This document shows positions 1 to 9,612 of a stretch of 64,000 nucleotides of DNA, piece after piece. The notes beneath the pieces are model-generated. The model did no database searches, was not told the origin of the DNA, and worked only from the letters and a program-made list of their open reading frames with translations. The stretch is from a candidate division FCPU426 bacterium (GTDB lineage: Bacteria > Oederibacteriota > PGYV01 > Palsa-1178). The position numbers and the translations under genes were made by a program. Each line of letters begins with the position of its first letter. Position 1 is the first letter of the stretch. Where the stretch lies: contig CAWIXE010000002.1 in the NCBI GenBank assembly GCA_963840035.1, positions 32,001 through 96,000 of the forward strand, in the 5' to 3' direction.

Positions 1-402
1 TTAATGATGAAGGAAACGGCCAAAAAAATCATTGGAATTGTTGTAAATAAAAAGGCGTATATTCTTGAATTAAAGCCGGCCGAGTACAAGAAGGCGCTTA
101 AAAAAAAGGAACACATACTCGGATATTACATGCTCAGCGTGTCGATACTTCATACCCTTATTTTCGGGATAATTCTAAAGCTTCAGGAAAAAGACATGCT
201 TTCAAAGATTATTTACACGCAGGACATGGATGAAGCCATTAATAGCGTTATAAAAGAAGGACATAAGGTTACTTTTATGGTCCAGCCGTCCACGGTCGCT
301 GAAGTGAAAGAAATATCGCTTAACAAGGAAGTTATGCCGCAGAAAAGCACATACTTCCTGCCAAAATTAATAACGGGACTTTTAATCAATAAGATGAAGT
401 AG
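1..402 (+). CDS. DUF1015 family protein, C-terminal part (truncated at window edge)
   Basis: C-terminal MPQKSTYFLPKLITGL motif typical of DUF1015. Confidence 0.75.
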   Translation, partial: LMMKETAKKIIGIVVNKKAYILELKPAEYKKALKKKEHILGYYMLSVSILHTLIFGIILKLQEKDMLSKIIYTQDMDEAINSVIKEGHKVTFMVQPSTVAEVKEISLNKEVMPQKSTYFLPKLITGLLINKMK

Positions 403-404
403 CA

Positions 405-470
405 AGTTCAATAGCCCAAAGCTCAAAGCCCAAGGGTCAACATTGAGCCTTGAACATTTGACCCTTTGAC
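405..470. repeat. Heptamer-periodic inverted array (AGYYCAA units / TTGANNN units)
   Basis: agcccaa agctcaa agcccaa gggtcaa followed by ttgagcc ttgaaca t ttgaccc, between stop codon 402 and RBS at 481. Confidence 0.75.
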
Positions 471-489
471 ACATCTCATAAGGAGTAAT

Positions 490-1806
490 ATGGACCTATT
501 TAATGATGACCCTGCCCCTGCAAAAATAGATATGGCTAAACAGCCGCTTGCCTACAGGATGCGCCCCCAGTCACTTGAAGAGTTTGCGGGGCAGGAGCAG
601 GCTGTAGGCGAAAAAGGGTTCCTTCGGGGCATGCTTGACAGCGGAAAAATACCGTCCATAATATTCTGGGGCCCTCCCGGAACCGGCAAAACCACGCTGG
701 CTATGATAATCGCCGGCCATATTAAAGCTGAGTTCATTTCCTTATCAGCGGTCTCAAGCGGGATCAAGGAAGTAAAGGCGGTGGTTGAGGACGCCAAGCA
801 GAACCTGCGTATGGGAAAGAAAACAATACTTTTTATAGATGAAATACACCGTTTTAATAAATCACAGCAGGACGCGTTCCTGCCGCATGTGGAAAACGGG
901 ACCATCATTCTTATAGGCGCCACGACTGAGAACCCTTCTTTTGAGGTAAATTCCGCTCTTTTGTCGAGGACCAGGGTTATAACATTGAAAGCCCTGGAAT
1001 TTAAGGATATAAAAAAAATAACCCTGAACGCCCTGTCGGATAAGGCCCGCGGTCTGGGTAAAAGGACAATAGGCATAACGGACGAGGCCATAGGCGTTAT
1101 CGAGGCTGTATCAAACGGTGACGCAAGGACGGCCCTGAATATCCTTGAGGTCGTGGACGCGCTTAAAGAAGGCGACAGCGTGACAATCACTCCTGAGGAT
1201 GTAAAACGGGCGGCAGACAAGAAGACTTTTTTATACGACAAGGCCGGGGAAGAACATTATAATATAATATCAGCCCTTCATAAATCCATGAGGGATTCTG
1301 ACCCGGACGCGGCCGTGTACTGGATGGAACGTATGCTTGAAGCCGGAGAGGACCCGTTATATGTCATCCGCAGGGTTATCAGGTTTGCAAGCGAGGATGT
1401 GGGCAACGCGGACCCCATGGCCCTGGTTATGGCGAACGCGGCAAAGGATGCGTACCATTTTTTAGGCTCTCCTGAAGGCGAGCTGGCCATAGCGCAGGCT
1501 GTCATATACATCGCGTGCGCCCCGAAAAGCAACGCTGTTTACGCGGCGTATTCGAACGCCGGCGATGACGTAAAGACCACAAAGGACGACCCGGTGCCGC
1601 TTAACATCAGGAACGCGCCGACCGGACTCATGAAGGACCTGGGTTACGGGAAAGGATACAAATATGCACATGATTTTGAAGGCCATTTTGTAAAGCAGCA
1701 GCATTTGCCGGACAGGATAAAGGATAAGCTGTATTATTTTCCGTCGGAAAATGGGGCGGAAAAAAACATAAAAGAGAGGCTTGAACAATGGCGAAAAAAA
1801 ACCTGA
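490..1806 (+). CDS. rarA: Replication-associated recombination protein A (MgsA/RarA AAA+ ATPase)
   Basis: PLAYRMRP, GPPGTGKTT Walker A, FIDEIHRFNKSQQD, GATTENPSF, ISALHKSMRDSDPDAA; AGGAG RBS before ATG 490. Confidence 0.95.
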   Translation: MDLFNDDPAPAKIDMAKQPLAYRMRPQSLEEFAGQEQAVGEKGFLRGMLDSGKIPSIIFWGPPGTGKTTLAMIIAGHIKAEFISLSAVSSGIKEVKAVVEDAKQNLRMGKKTILFIDEIHRFNKSQQDAFLPHVENGTIILIGATTENPSFEVNSALLSRTRVITLKALEFKDIKKITLNALSDKARGLGKRTIGITDEAIGVIEAVSNGDARTALNILEVVDALKEGDSVTITPEDVKRAADKKTFLYDKAGEEHYNIISALHKSMRDSDPDAAVYWMERMLEAGEDPLYVIRRVIRFASEDVGNADPMALVMANAAKDAYHFLGSPEGELAIAQAVIYIACAPKSNAVYAAYSNAGDDVKTTKDDPVPLNIRNAPTGLMKDLGYGKGYKYAHDFEGHFVKQQHLPDRIKDKLYYFPSENGAEKNIKERLEQWRKKT

Positions 1807-2915
1807 TATTACTGGCCCTTATCATTAACGCCTGCGTTTGTTTTGGGCAGATAGAGCTGCCCGCCACTGCCGAGTCCATCACTGCAACCGCAATGGCGGA
1901 TGACGCGGATATCCTTAATATAAACGTAAAGGAACTGCATCTGAACATAACGCCGTCATTTAAGCTTGTGCTCCCGGACACGAGCGTCAAACTTGGGTTA
2001 AGGCAGAAACTCGGCGACACAACGCTTGAAGGAATGACCGAATACAATTATATTTACAATAAGATAAAGTATATGCTCAAATACGGGCTTGAACTTTTCA
2101 TGCCGATGTCGGTAAGCATATATGACAATGTGGATTTCGAGCAGCTCTATCAGGATAAGAAATATATACAGAGGACCAAAGGCATAGGCGCAGCCATATC
2201 CTCGCCGCTGCTGCTCGGAGGGATAACGCTTTCCCAGGAATTAAAAAACGAGACTTATTACATAGCAAATCTTAAGGATGTCCTGGACACAAGCGACGGA
2301 GTCGCCACTGTAATTAATTCAAAAATTGACATTACGACCAAATCCGTTTTGCCCGGAAAAGACAGCGATGCAAAATATGCGGATTGGCAGTTTGACTTTA
2401 ACCTGGAAAAGGCGATACCCCATAAGTATTCACCGATAAACTACATGTTCCTGGATATGGCAATCGTAAAGACTATAAAATTCGACAAATTTACCGTCCT
2501 TGATTTCCGTACGGAGTCAGGTTATCTTTTCCTGCACGGCCACCTGCCGCTATGGAAACTTTATAAATTAGGCGGGTATGACAGGTTAATTGGTTATGAA
2601 TTTGACAAACTTCAGGGGTATTATAAGAATTTTGCCAGGGTTAAATATGAGGCAAACCCTTTCGGAGACCTTGGATGGGAACTTGGATGGCTGAAATTTG
2701 ACAGAATCCGGCCTTTTATGGTGGCTGATTTTGGCTGCGCCGGGGACATTTGGACGGTGCAGGCGATCAAAAACTACCGGGGCGGGCTTGGCGCCGGGGT
2801 GGTTTTGGACATAACATTCAGGAAAAGGACGCCGATTAAGATAACCCTTGCCATAGGGCAGGCCCTGGAAGCAGGCTATGCTCCGGTATTCTACTTTGTG
2901 CATGAGTTGCTGTAA
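1788..2915 (+). CDS. Putative outer-membrane beta-barrel, Omp85/BamA-TamA-like C-terminus, no obvious POTRA
   Basis: Signal peptide; LGGYDRLIGY resembles the Omp85 LGG..LRGY loop-6 motif; amphipathic C-terminal strands. Confidence 0.5.
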   Translation: MAKKNLILLALIINACVCFGQIELPATAESITATAMADDADILNINVKELHLNITPSFKLVLPDTSVKLGLRQKLGDTTLEGMTEYNYIYNKIKYMLKYGLELFMPMSVSIYDNVDFEQLYQDKKYIQRTKGIGAAISSPLLLGGITLSQELKNETYYIANLKDVLDTSDGVATVINSKIDITTKSVLPGKDSDAKYADWQFDFNLEKAIPHKYSPINYMFLDMAIVKTIKFDKFTVLDFRTESGYLFLHGHLPLWKLYKLGGYDRLIGYEFDKLQGYYKNFARVKYEANPFGDLGWELGWLKFDRIRPFMVADFGCAGDIWTVQAIKNYRGGLGAGVVLDITFRKRTPIKITLAIGQALEAGYAPVFYFVHELL

Positions 2916-3081
2916 AAGCAGCTATATTAATAAGTATTGAACAGTTTACCGCAAAAATAGTTTTTATAACTATGTTCTGGCAGCAGGCATAATATGCGCC
3001 TGTGTTTTTAGGGCTAAAGAATACGCCGAAAAAACCGATAGTATACATAAGTTGTATACTGTCCAGTTTAAAGGTGGAAAT

Positions 3082-4773
3082 ATGACAAGTGCCAAAGCTG
3101 CTTTCTTTTTGACGTTTTTTATTGCTGTTATTACAGCTAGGGCATATTCCGCGCCTGTAGCCTGTATGTTTAACAATTATCTTAATTATACGGCTGGTTC
3201 CAATACATTTTATTTTGATCTGGGGACTTCGGGGGCATACACACCTTCGCCAAATTCCATACTATTATATCAACATGTGGCGGGTTGCAATGACCCTGTA
3301 GGCACATCGCGCTATACCGTAAGGGTGAATAATTCATATTATGATATGTCCCTGGGAACGAACAGCCTGAACATGCATAATGAAACAACGGATTGGGCCT
3401 ATGGAAGAAAAAAATATGGCAATGCGGTAACCGTTTATTTCCACAGCAAATTAGTAGTCAACCCGGCAACGGGCATAAATATGGACACTATGCAGTTCAT
3501 GTTCGTTTTAATAAATGATTCCTCCAGCACAGTGACAACAGGATTTAGGCTCGAACTCGATACCCAGGTTGGGACAAATGATGGAGCAAAAATTTCTGTT
3601 GATAACGGAAATAACCAAATTGACAATAATAACCTATGGACAGCGGCGAGCCCTATTCCGTATAGTTATTGGGCCTATGATCAGGGGCCGAAAGGACTGA
3701 CCCCCACGACTGTTGCGAGAGGGTATCTATGGGGGAACAGTTACGGCGAGCCGGCAACACCGCCGGACGAGTTTGAAGTGGCTGATTGGAACCTGGTAAA
3801 CGGGATAGGGCAATGGTCATATTCCGCGGCCGGGTCAATCACTGCTGACAGCGCAGTTGTATTGTGGTGGAATAACGGCGGACCCGGCGGGACAGGATAC
3901 CAGCTTTCCCCGGGACAGGGAATTGTATTTATAACATATTATGGCATTAACCAGGAGCCATTATTCGTATCCCCGACAGCTACATATACTCAGACGCCAA
4001 CTTTTACAATAACATCAACTTATACCCCTTCATACACAAGAAGCCAGACATCGACTGCTACGGCCACACTGACAGGTACAGCCACTTCGACAGGTACGGC
4101 GACATATACGGCAACATATTCGGTTACGGTAACATATACTCCGACATATTCACCAACCGGCACCTGTTCAGCAGAGCCTTCAAACACCCACACAGCATCA
4201 GTGTCCCGGACAGTTACTTCGACTTTTACGAATACAATTACCGGGACGCCTTCGAAGACTCCGACTCTTTTCTTCTCTGCGACTGTTACACAGACTGATA
4301 CTCTCACGGAAACAATAACAGTGACCCGGACGCTAACCCTGACATTAACCCCGACGGAGACTCTAACTGCAACACAGACAGTGACAGTCAGCCCTGTTCA
4401 TACGGCGACGATGTCACATACAGTCACTCAAACAGCATCGGTAACAATGACATATACGCCTGTCCCTGTTGTAACATCCGATATTTTAGAGGTAAAAGGT
4501 TCCTTTCCTTCAGGTGACGGCGGGTCGACGCATATAGTATACTGGTTGGGAAATGACGCGGAAGTTACTATACGGGTATTTACTGTTTCGGGGGAGCTTG
4601 TCTGCGAAGCGGCGGAATTACAAGGGAAAAAAGGGTATAACAGTTATGAGTGGGATCTTAAAAACAGGGCAAAAAACCCCGTGGCAAGCGGTGTGTTCAT
4701 ATACAGGGTAAAGGCAAGGTTCGAAAGTGAAATGGAAGCAGTGGCTCTTTCAAAAATGGCGGTTATAAAATAG
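3082..4773 (+). CDS. Secreted protein: N-terminal beta domain, Thr-rich TxT stalk, C-terminal FlgD-Ig/T9SS-CTD-like domain
   Basis: Signal peptide; about 170 aa of T-x-T repeats; C-terminus ..[26 protein letters not shown]; start at ATG 3082 inferred. Confidence 0.75.
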   Translation: MTSAKAAFFLTFFIAVITARAYSAPVACMFNNYLNYTAGSNTFYFDLGTSGAYTPSPNSILLYQHVAGCNDPVGTSRYTVRVNNSYYDMSLGTNSLNMHNETTDWAYGRKKYGNAVTVYFHSKLVVNPATGINMDTMQFMFVLINDSSSTVTTGFRLELDTQVGTNDGAKISVDNGNNQIDNNNLWTAASPIPYSYWAYDQGPKGLTPTTVARGYLWGNSYGEPATPPDEFEVADWNLVNGIGQWSYSAAGSITADSAVVLWWNNGGPGGTGYQLSPGQGIVFITYYGINQEPLFVSPTATYTQTPTFTITSTYTPSYTRSQTSTATATLTGTATSTGTATYTATYSVTVTYTPTYSPTGTCSAEPSNTHTASVSRTVTSTFTNTITGTPSKTPTLFFSATVTQTDTLTETITVTRTLTLTLTPTETLTATQTVTVSPVHTATMSHTVTQTASVTMTYTPVPVVTSDILEVKGSFPSGDGGSTHIVYWLGNDAEVTIRVFTVSGELVCEAAELQGKKGYNSYEWDLKNRAKNPVASGVFIYRVKARFESEMEAVALSKMAVIK

Positions 4774-4862
4774 AATTTTATATTTTCAATTTTGAATTTT
4801 CAATTAGGGAAGGACTTGTTTCAGGCCGTAAATAGAAAATTGAAAATTTGGAATTGAAAAAT
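4774..4862. repeat. Heptamer-periodic inverted pair (AATTTTN / AATTGAA type)
   Basis: aatttta tattttc aattttg aattttc aatt ... aatagaa aattgaa aatttgg aattgaa. Confidence 0.8.
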
Positions 4863-4949
4863 CGTTTGATTTATTATTGATTCTTCCCCATATTTCTGTT
4901 ATATTAGTATAGTTTTTTACGGCAAAACAAAACCGACTGGAGCCAATAA

Positions 4950-5291
4950 ATGAGTTTAATGCTTGATGGATATGTATTTAACCCGATTTTACCGCTTGCT
5001 GATTATATAAAAAGCCCGGATATTGACGGGATTTTCGGTATTTTTTACCTTAAATATCCTGATAAAAAAATGGCTGATTATGGCGTGCTTTATATCGGGG
5101 ATACGACTGAAATCTATAGTGACGCGGCTTTCCCGCAGGGCCATAAGAAATATGAGTCCTGGGTGGAAAAGGCTAAGAGCGACGAAAACCTGTATATCGG
5201 AATGTGCCCGACACCGGGGCTTATGCCAAGAAAAAAAGACCTGATAAAAAACCATCTCATATATAAGTACAATCCGCCCTGCAATAAATAA
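4950..5291 (+). CDS. Small protein with degenerate GIY-YIG-like motifs
   Basis: GIFGIF...LYIGDT...LIYKYNPPCN pattern. Confidence 0.45.
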   Translation: MSLMLDGYVFNPILPLADYIKSPDIDGIFGIFYLKYPDKKMADYGVLYIGDTTEIYSDAAFPQGHKKYESWVEKAKSDENLYIGMCPTPGLMPRKKDLIKNHLIYKYNPPCNK

Positions 5292-5297
5292 AATAAT

Positions 5298-5939
5298 ATG
5301 AAGACAAAAAATGCCGCCGCGGTTTTCATTGCCGTCGCGGCTTATTTTATTTGCGCGGGTTTTGTTGCGGCGGAAGTTTATCCGGTCTCTTCTGATTTAA
5401 GCTGGAAGTATAAAGGGCAGATGAAAAACAACCCCTCACAGAAGCTTGATTTCACCGCTAAAGTATTGCAGACCCGGAAGATTGGCGGGAAAGAATATGC
5501 CTATTATTCCGCGCCGAAAGTCGACACCCGCTTCATGGTAAGAACCGATGAAAACGGCGCGTACATGAAGCTCGTAAAATACCCCTTTCCCGTATTGAAA
5601 TTTATGACGGTAGATGTCAGCCTGAACCCTGAGATAAAATTCGTAAGCTTCCCTTATAAAGCCGGGGATGAATGGAAACAGGAGATAAAGGCGGAGGCCA
5701 ACCTGGTTCCGTTTAAACTCAACAGGAAAATTTTCGTAAAGTTTACGGTTGTGGGCACGGATGTTTTCAAACTTGACGGCGGGGAATTTACGGCGTATCA
5801 CGTAAAAATGGAGCGGGATGAAGGCGCCGGAACGGTGCGCGTTGAGGATAACTGGTTTGTGGAAGGCATAGGGTTTGTCCGCGGGGAAACGCCGGAGTAT
5901 TCCATAGAATTATATGAATTTAAAAAGGATGAAAAATGA
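5298..5939 (+). CDS. Exported hypothetical protein
   Basis: Signal peptide, beta-rich, C-terminal WFVEGIGFVR motif. Confidence 0.6.
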   Translation: MKTKNAAAVFIAVAAYFICAGFVAAEVYPVSSDLSWKYKGQMKNNPSQKLDFTAKVLQTRKIGGKEYAYYSAPKVDTRFMVRTDENGAYMKLVKYPFPVLKFMTVDVSLNPEIKFVSFPYKAGDEWKQEIKAEANLVPFKLNRKIFVKFTVVGTDVFKLDGGEFTAYHVKMERDEGAGTVRVEDNWFVEGIGFVRGETPEYSIELYEFKKDEK

Positions 5940-6697
5940 TGGCGAAAAATATGGGGCTGATTTTGTGCCTTTTGATTTGTGCTGTTTGTTCCGGGTATAA
6001 AACCGCCGATAACGAAAACATAAGGTTCGGCTCACCGGAAGGAAAAGGAAAACTGCTTTCAAAAACGGGTTATGTTCTGTTATATGATTCCTCAAAGAGG
6101 AATCCGGTTTGGGTTTCGTACTGCCTCAAAAAAGAAAATATTATCACAAAGGACCCTAAGGCAGGCGCGTTTAAACCGGATTTGTCGCTGCCTGTATATG
6201 AAATGGTCCAGCGGACGGATTATCCGGGGGCATATGATAAATGCCCCATGGCGCCGGTTATTGACATGGCATATTCCACGAAGACCCATAAGGAGGCATT
6301 TCTCCTGACAAATGTATGTGCCATGAACCCGTTCCTGAAAAAAGGAGAATGGCGGAAACTGGAAGACAAAATACGCGATTTGGCAGCCAGATGCGGGCAG
6401 GTGTGGGTGGTAGCCGGGCCGGTATTTAATGATACTGTTAAAAAGAAATTTCTTTCATCCAATTCAAAGATCAGACTGCCTTCAGGTTTTTATAAAGTCA
6501 TACTTTACCAGGGAAAAGACAGCTCATTTAAAGCGATTGGTTTCTATTTTGATAATTCGAAGAATCAGCCCGGTGTATCGCAATCCATGTTAAGCATCGC
6601 CGGCATAGAGGATAAGACCGGGTTGAAGTTCTTTAGCGCCCTGCCGGATGAAGTCCGCGGGATACTGGTAAAAAATGCAATAGACCCCAATTTTTAA
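5936..6697 (+). CDS. DNA/RNA non-specific endonuclease family (NucA/EndoG-like) protein with altered active site
   Basis: YDSSKRNPVWVSY, FKPD, WRKLE, VVAGPVF, PSGFYKVI, IEDKTGLKFF motifs; DRGH replaced by DKCP. Confidence 0.8.
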   Translation: MMAKNMGLILCLLICAVCSGYKTADNENIRFGSPEGKGKLLSKTGYVLLYDSSKRNPVWVSYCLKKENIITKDPKAGAFKPDLSLPVYEMVQRTDYPGAYDKCPMAPVIDMAYSTKTHKEAFLLTNVCAMNPFLKKGEWRKLEDKIRDLAARCGQVWVVAGPVFNDTVKKKFLSSNSKIRLPSGFYKVILYQGKDSSFKAIGFYFDNSKNQPGVSQSMLSIAGIEDKTGLKFFSALPDEVRGILVKNAIDPNF

Positions 6698-6792
6698 ACA
6701 TCCATAAATCTGCAACAATACACCATCCCTGTTCGTCTAAATGTGTAGCAGCCATGCATTATGTTGTTTTTTGCCTTGTTTCATAAGGCTTT

Positions 6793-6824
6793 AATTGAAA
6801 ATTGAAAATTTGGAATTGAAAATT
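6793..6824. repeat. Single heptamer array (AATTGAA type)
   Basis: aattgaa aattgaa aatttgg aattgaa aatt. Confidence 0.75.
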
Positions 6825-6897
6825 AGTCTTTATTATATTGCTTTATGTTTCACCATGTGGTAAATTATCTGATAATCTAATCCGAAAGGAGCAACAA

Positions 6898-7596
6898 ATG
6901 AAGAAAATTATCGTTTTAGTATCAGTTTTAGCACTTGTTTTTGCTTTCGCGGCATGCAACAAAGGCGGCGCCGAGGCCGCAAAGGTTAACGGGACAGTCA
7001 TTACAACCCAGGACCTTGATGATGAGATTGAAAGCCTTCCTCCGCAGTATAAAATGTTCGCGCAGTCGCCGGACATGAAGCGGAAGATACTTGACAACCT
7101 CGTTATAAGCGAGCTGTTAATGCAGCAGGCGGAAAAAGACGGTCTCACTGCTAAGCCGGAAATACAGACTAAAATCAAGGAATACGAGAACCAGATTAAA
7201 GCGGACGCGCTCTCACAGATTGCCAACCTGAAAAAACAGGTTGAAAAGTCAGCGAAGATCGCGAAAAGGGAGACCGTAATAAAGGAACTCCTCCAGGCTA
7301 AGGATTTCAAGGACCAGGTTGTATCAGAAGCGGAAATAAAAACTTCTTATGGCCAGTATTCGTCCAACATGAAGAGGCAGGACCCGAACGCGAAGGTTGA
7401 GCCGCTTGAAAAGATCAGGGAAGACATCAAGAAGTCAATTGCAAGGACCAAGTGGCTTGATTCCATAAAGGCCACAGCCTCAATCACGGTAAATGAAAGC
7501 GCGCTTGGCATGGGCGCCGCGCCCGGGATGCAGGGAATGCCGCAGTCAGGCGTAAAGATACAGGAGCCGGCAAAGGCAGCCCCTGTAAAAAAGTAA
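6898..7596 (+). CDS. SurA N-terminal domain lipoprotein (PrsA-like, lacks PPIase domain)
   Basis: Lipobox FAAC; AKVNGTVIT..DLD; KILDNLVISELLMQQAEKDGL; AAGGAG RBS. Confidence 0.75.
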   Translation: MKKIIVLVSVLALVFAFAACNKGGAEAAKVNGTVITTQDLDDEIESLPPQYKMFAQSPDMKRKILDNLVISELLMQQAEKDGLTAKPEIQTKIKEYENQIKADALSQIANLKKQVEKSAKIAKRETVIKELLQAKDFKDQVVSEAEIKTSYGQYSSNMKRQDPNAKVEPLEKIREDIKKSIARTKWLDSIKATASITVNESALGMGAAPGMQGMPQSGVKIQEPAKAAPVKK

Positions 7597-7607
7597 GAAA
7601 AGTATAA

Positions 7608-8534
7608 ATGAAAAAAGTAATCCTTCTTATATTTGCCGTGGCGGCAGCCGTGGCCCTTGCGGGCTGCGGCGGCCATGCCCCGGCAAAGGTACTTGCAACG
7701 GTTGACGGCACGTCTATTACCGCCGACATATTCTTTTTAAAGGCGAAGTTATACGGCCTGCCGGTTAAATCGCAGAAAGACGCTGAACAGTTCCTGAACC
7801 TGCTGATTAACGATGAGATCATATTGAAGCAGGCGAAGGTTAACGGCATTAATATGTCTGATGATGAAATGAAAAAAGAAATGGAGTCTTTCGCGCCTGA
7901 TTACGGCTCAAAAGAGACAAAAAAATCGCTGAAGGAATCCGGCATCAGGTACGGCGTCTGGCTTAAGGACCTGAAGGAAAAGATAATAAGGAAAAAAGTC
8001 ATAACAGAGATCATGAAGGACAAGATAAAAATAGAGCCTGACGAAGTGAAGGATTATTACTGGAGCAATATTACGGATTTCAGGAAACAAAAAAGGGTGC
8101 ACGCCAGGCAGATAGTGCTGGAGTCCCCTGAAAAGGCAAGGCAGGTCCAGCAGCTGATAATGCGCGGAGAGCCATTCGAAGCCCTCGCTGAAAAGTACTC
8201 AATAACTTCCGAGGGGAAATACGGCGGTGACCTGGGTTACTTCGCGGAAAAGGAAATGCCCGCATTCATAAATGAAGTGGTTTTTTCAATGAAAAAAGGC
8301 GGGATTAGCGGTATAATAAAATCACAGTACGGCTGGCACATCCTGAAAGTGGAGGACGTGCAGGAAGCCGACACGCCGGCTTATGAGGCGGTGAAAGACG
8401 AAGTGTACGCCAGGTATTATGACGAAAAAAAAGACGAGTACTTTAACGCGTGGATGGAAGAGCTGCATAAAGCGGCTGATATACAGATAAATAAAAAAAA
8501 TCTTGAAGGATTGACGGTGGAGGAGAAAATATGA
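7608..8534 (+). CDS. PrsA/PpiC-type peptidyl-prolyl isomerase lipoprotein
   Basis: Lipobox LAGC; ARQIVL, FEALAEKYS, GGDLGYF, SQYGWHILKV parvulin motifs. Confidence 0.88.
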   Translation: MKKVILLIFAVAAAVALAGCGGHAPAKVLATVDGTSITADIFFLKAKLYGLPVKSQKDAEQFLNLLINDEIILKQAKVNGINMSDDEMKKEMESFAPDYGSKETKKSLKESGIRYGVWLKDLKEKIIRKKVITEIMKDKIKIEPDEVKDYYWSNITDFRKQKRVHARQIVLESPEKARQVQQLIMRGEPFEALAEKYSITSEGKYGGDLGYFAEKEMPAFINEVVFSMKKGGISGIIKSQYGWHILKVEDVQEADTPAYEAVKDEVYARYYDEKKDEYFNAWMEELHKAADIQINKKNLEGLTVEEKI

Positions 8535-9511
8535 AAAAATTAACGGTGGTTCTGGCGCTGCTTATGTTGGCGGCGGGTTTCTTACAGGCGAAAAACGAGG
8601 ACAAAATACTCGTAAAGGTCAATGATGAGATCATACTTCAGAGCGATGTTGATGAGGCCCTGGAGATGGCCCAGGCGCAGCTCAAAATGGCGGGAAAGCC
8701 CGGCGACGCGGCTGACCTTAAGAAAAAAATACTTGAGGGCATGGTAGAGCAGAAGCTCATTATAACCATGGCAAAGGATGAGAATATAGCCATCAGCGAA
8801 GAAGCTGTGGCTGACAAGGTAAATGAATACCTGGACGGCTTAAGGGCCAAGTTCCCGAACGAACAGGCTTTTGAGGAAGCACTAGCGCAGGAAGGCCTTT
8901 CATACACAGATTTCAGGATCAAGATTGAAGGCCAGGTGAGGGACACGCTTGTTTACGGAAAAGTAAAGCAGAAAAAACAGCAGGACTTCATCAGCAAGTC
9001 CGCGGTAAGCGACGCTGAGATAGCCTCCTACTATGAAAAGAACAAGGACGCTTTTAAGGTAAATGACGAAATGAACATATCACAGATCTTTTTGGCAGCT
9101 GGCGAAGTGGAAACAGACAACCTGGCTAAATATGCCGCTGACTTAAAGGCAAGGGTTGATGCAGGCGAGGCGTTTGAGAAGGTCATGCAGGAATTAAACG
9201 GCAAAAAAGGCGTGACTACGGCGGAACTCGGCTGGATAAACACAAACGACCTGGACGCGCGCTTAAGGGCATCGTTAAAAAACCCGAAAAAGGGAAAAGT
9301 AACCGCGCCCATTGAGATACCTTCATCCGGCGACGGCAAGGGCGGATTTCATCTTTTAAAGATCGTTGACTATAAAAAAGGAACAGTCTCCGCGCTTAAC
9401 GATGAAATAAGGGAAAAAGTAAGGGTGAAGATCATCAGCGAAAAAGTTGAAAAAATGTGGTCTGAATGGATAGACACTGTAAAAAAGGAAGCCTATATAA
9501 AGTATATGTAA
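8531..9511 (+). CDS. SurA-like periplasmic chaperone/PPIase
   Basis: DKILVKVNDEIILQSDV SurA N-terminus; parvulin-like ELGWI and GFHLLKIVD. Confidence 0.82.
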   Translation: MKKLTVVLALLMLAAGFLQAKNEDKILVKVNDEIILQSDVDEALEMAQAQLKMAGKPGDAADLKKKILEGMVEQKLIITMAKDENIAISEEAVADKVNEYLDGLRAKFPNEQAFEEALAQEGLSYTDFRIKIEGQVRDTLVYGKVKQKKQQDFISKSAVSDAEIASYYEKNKDAFKVNDEMNISQIFLAAGEVETDNLAKYAADLKARVDAGEAFEKVMQELNGKKGVTTAELGWINTNDLDARLRASLKNPKKGKVTAPIEIPSSGDGKGGFHLLKIVDYKKGTVSALNDEIREKVRVKIISEKVEKMWSEWIDTVKKEAYIKYM

Positions 9512-9601
9512 TTGAAGATTGTGGATTGTTGATTGCGGATTAATAGGCTGGTATTTTTTCTGGCCGGTTAATCCGCAATCTTCAATCTACTATCAACAAT
9601 C
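9511..9601. repeat. Heptamer-periodic inverted pair (ATTGNNG / AATCNNC)
   Basis: attgaag attgtgg attgttg attgcgg att ... aatccgc aatcttc aatctac tatcaac aatc, directly followed by AGGAGG. Confidence 0.88.
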
Positions 9602-9612
9602 AGGAGGATTCC

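Noticed and set aside
4915..4950. c-di-GMP-I riboswitch suggested by GGCAAA
   Set aside because: No P2/P3 stems or GNRA/receptor pattern follow.
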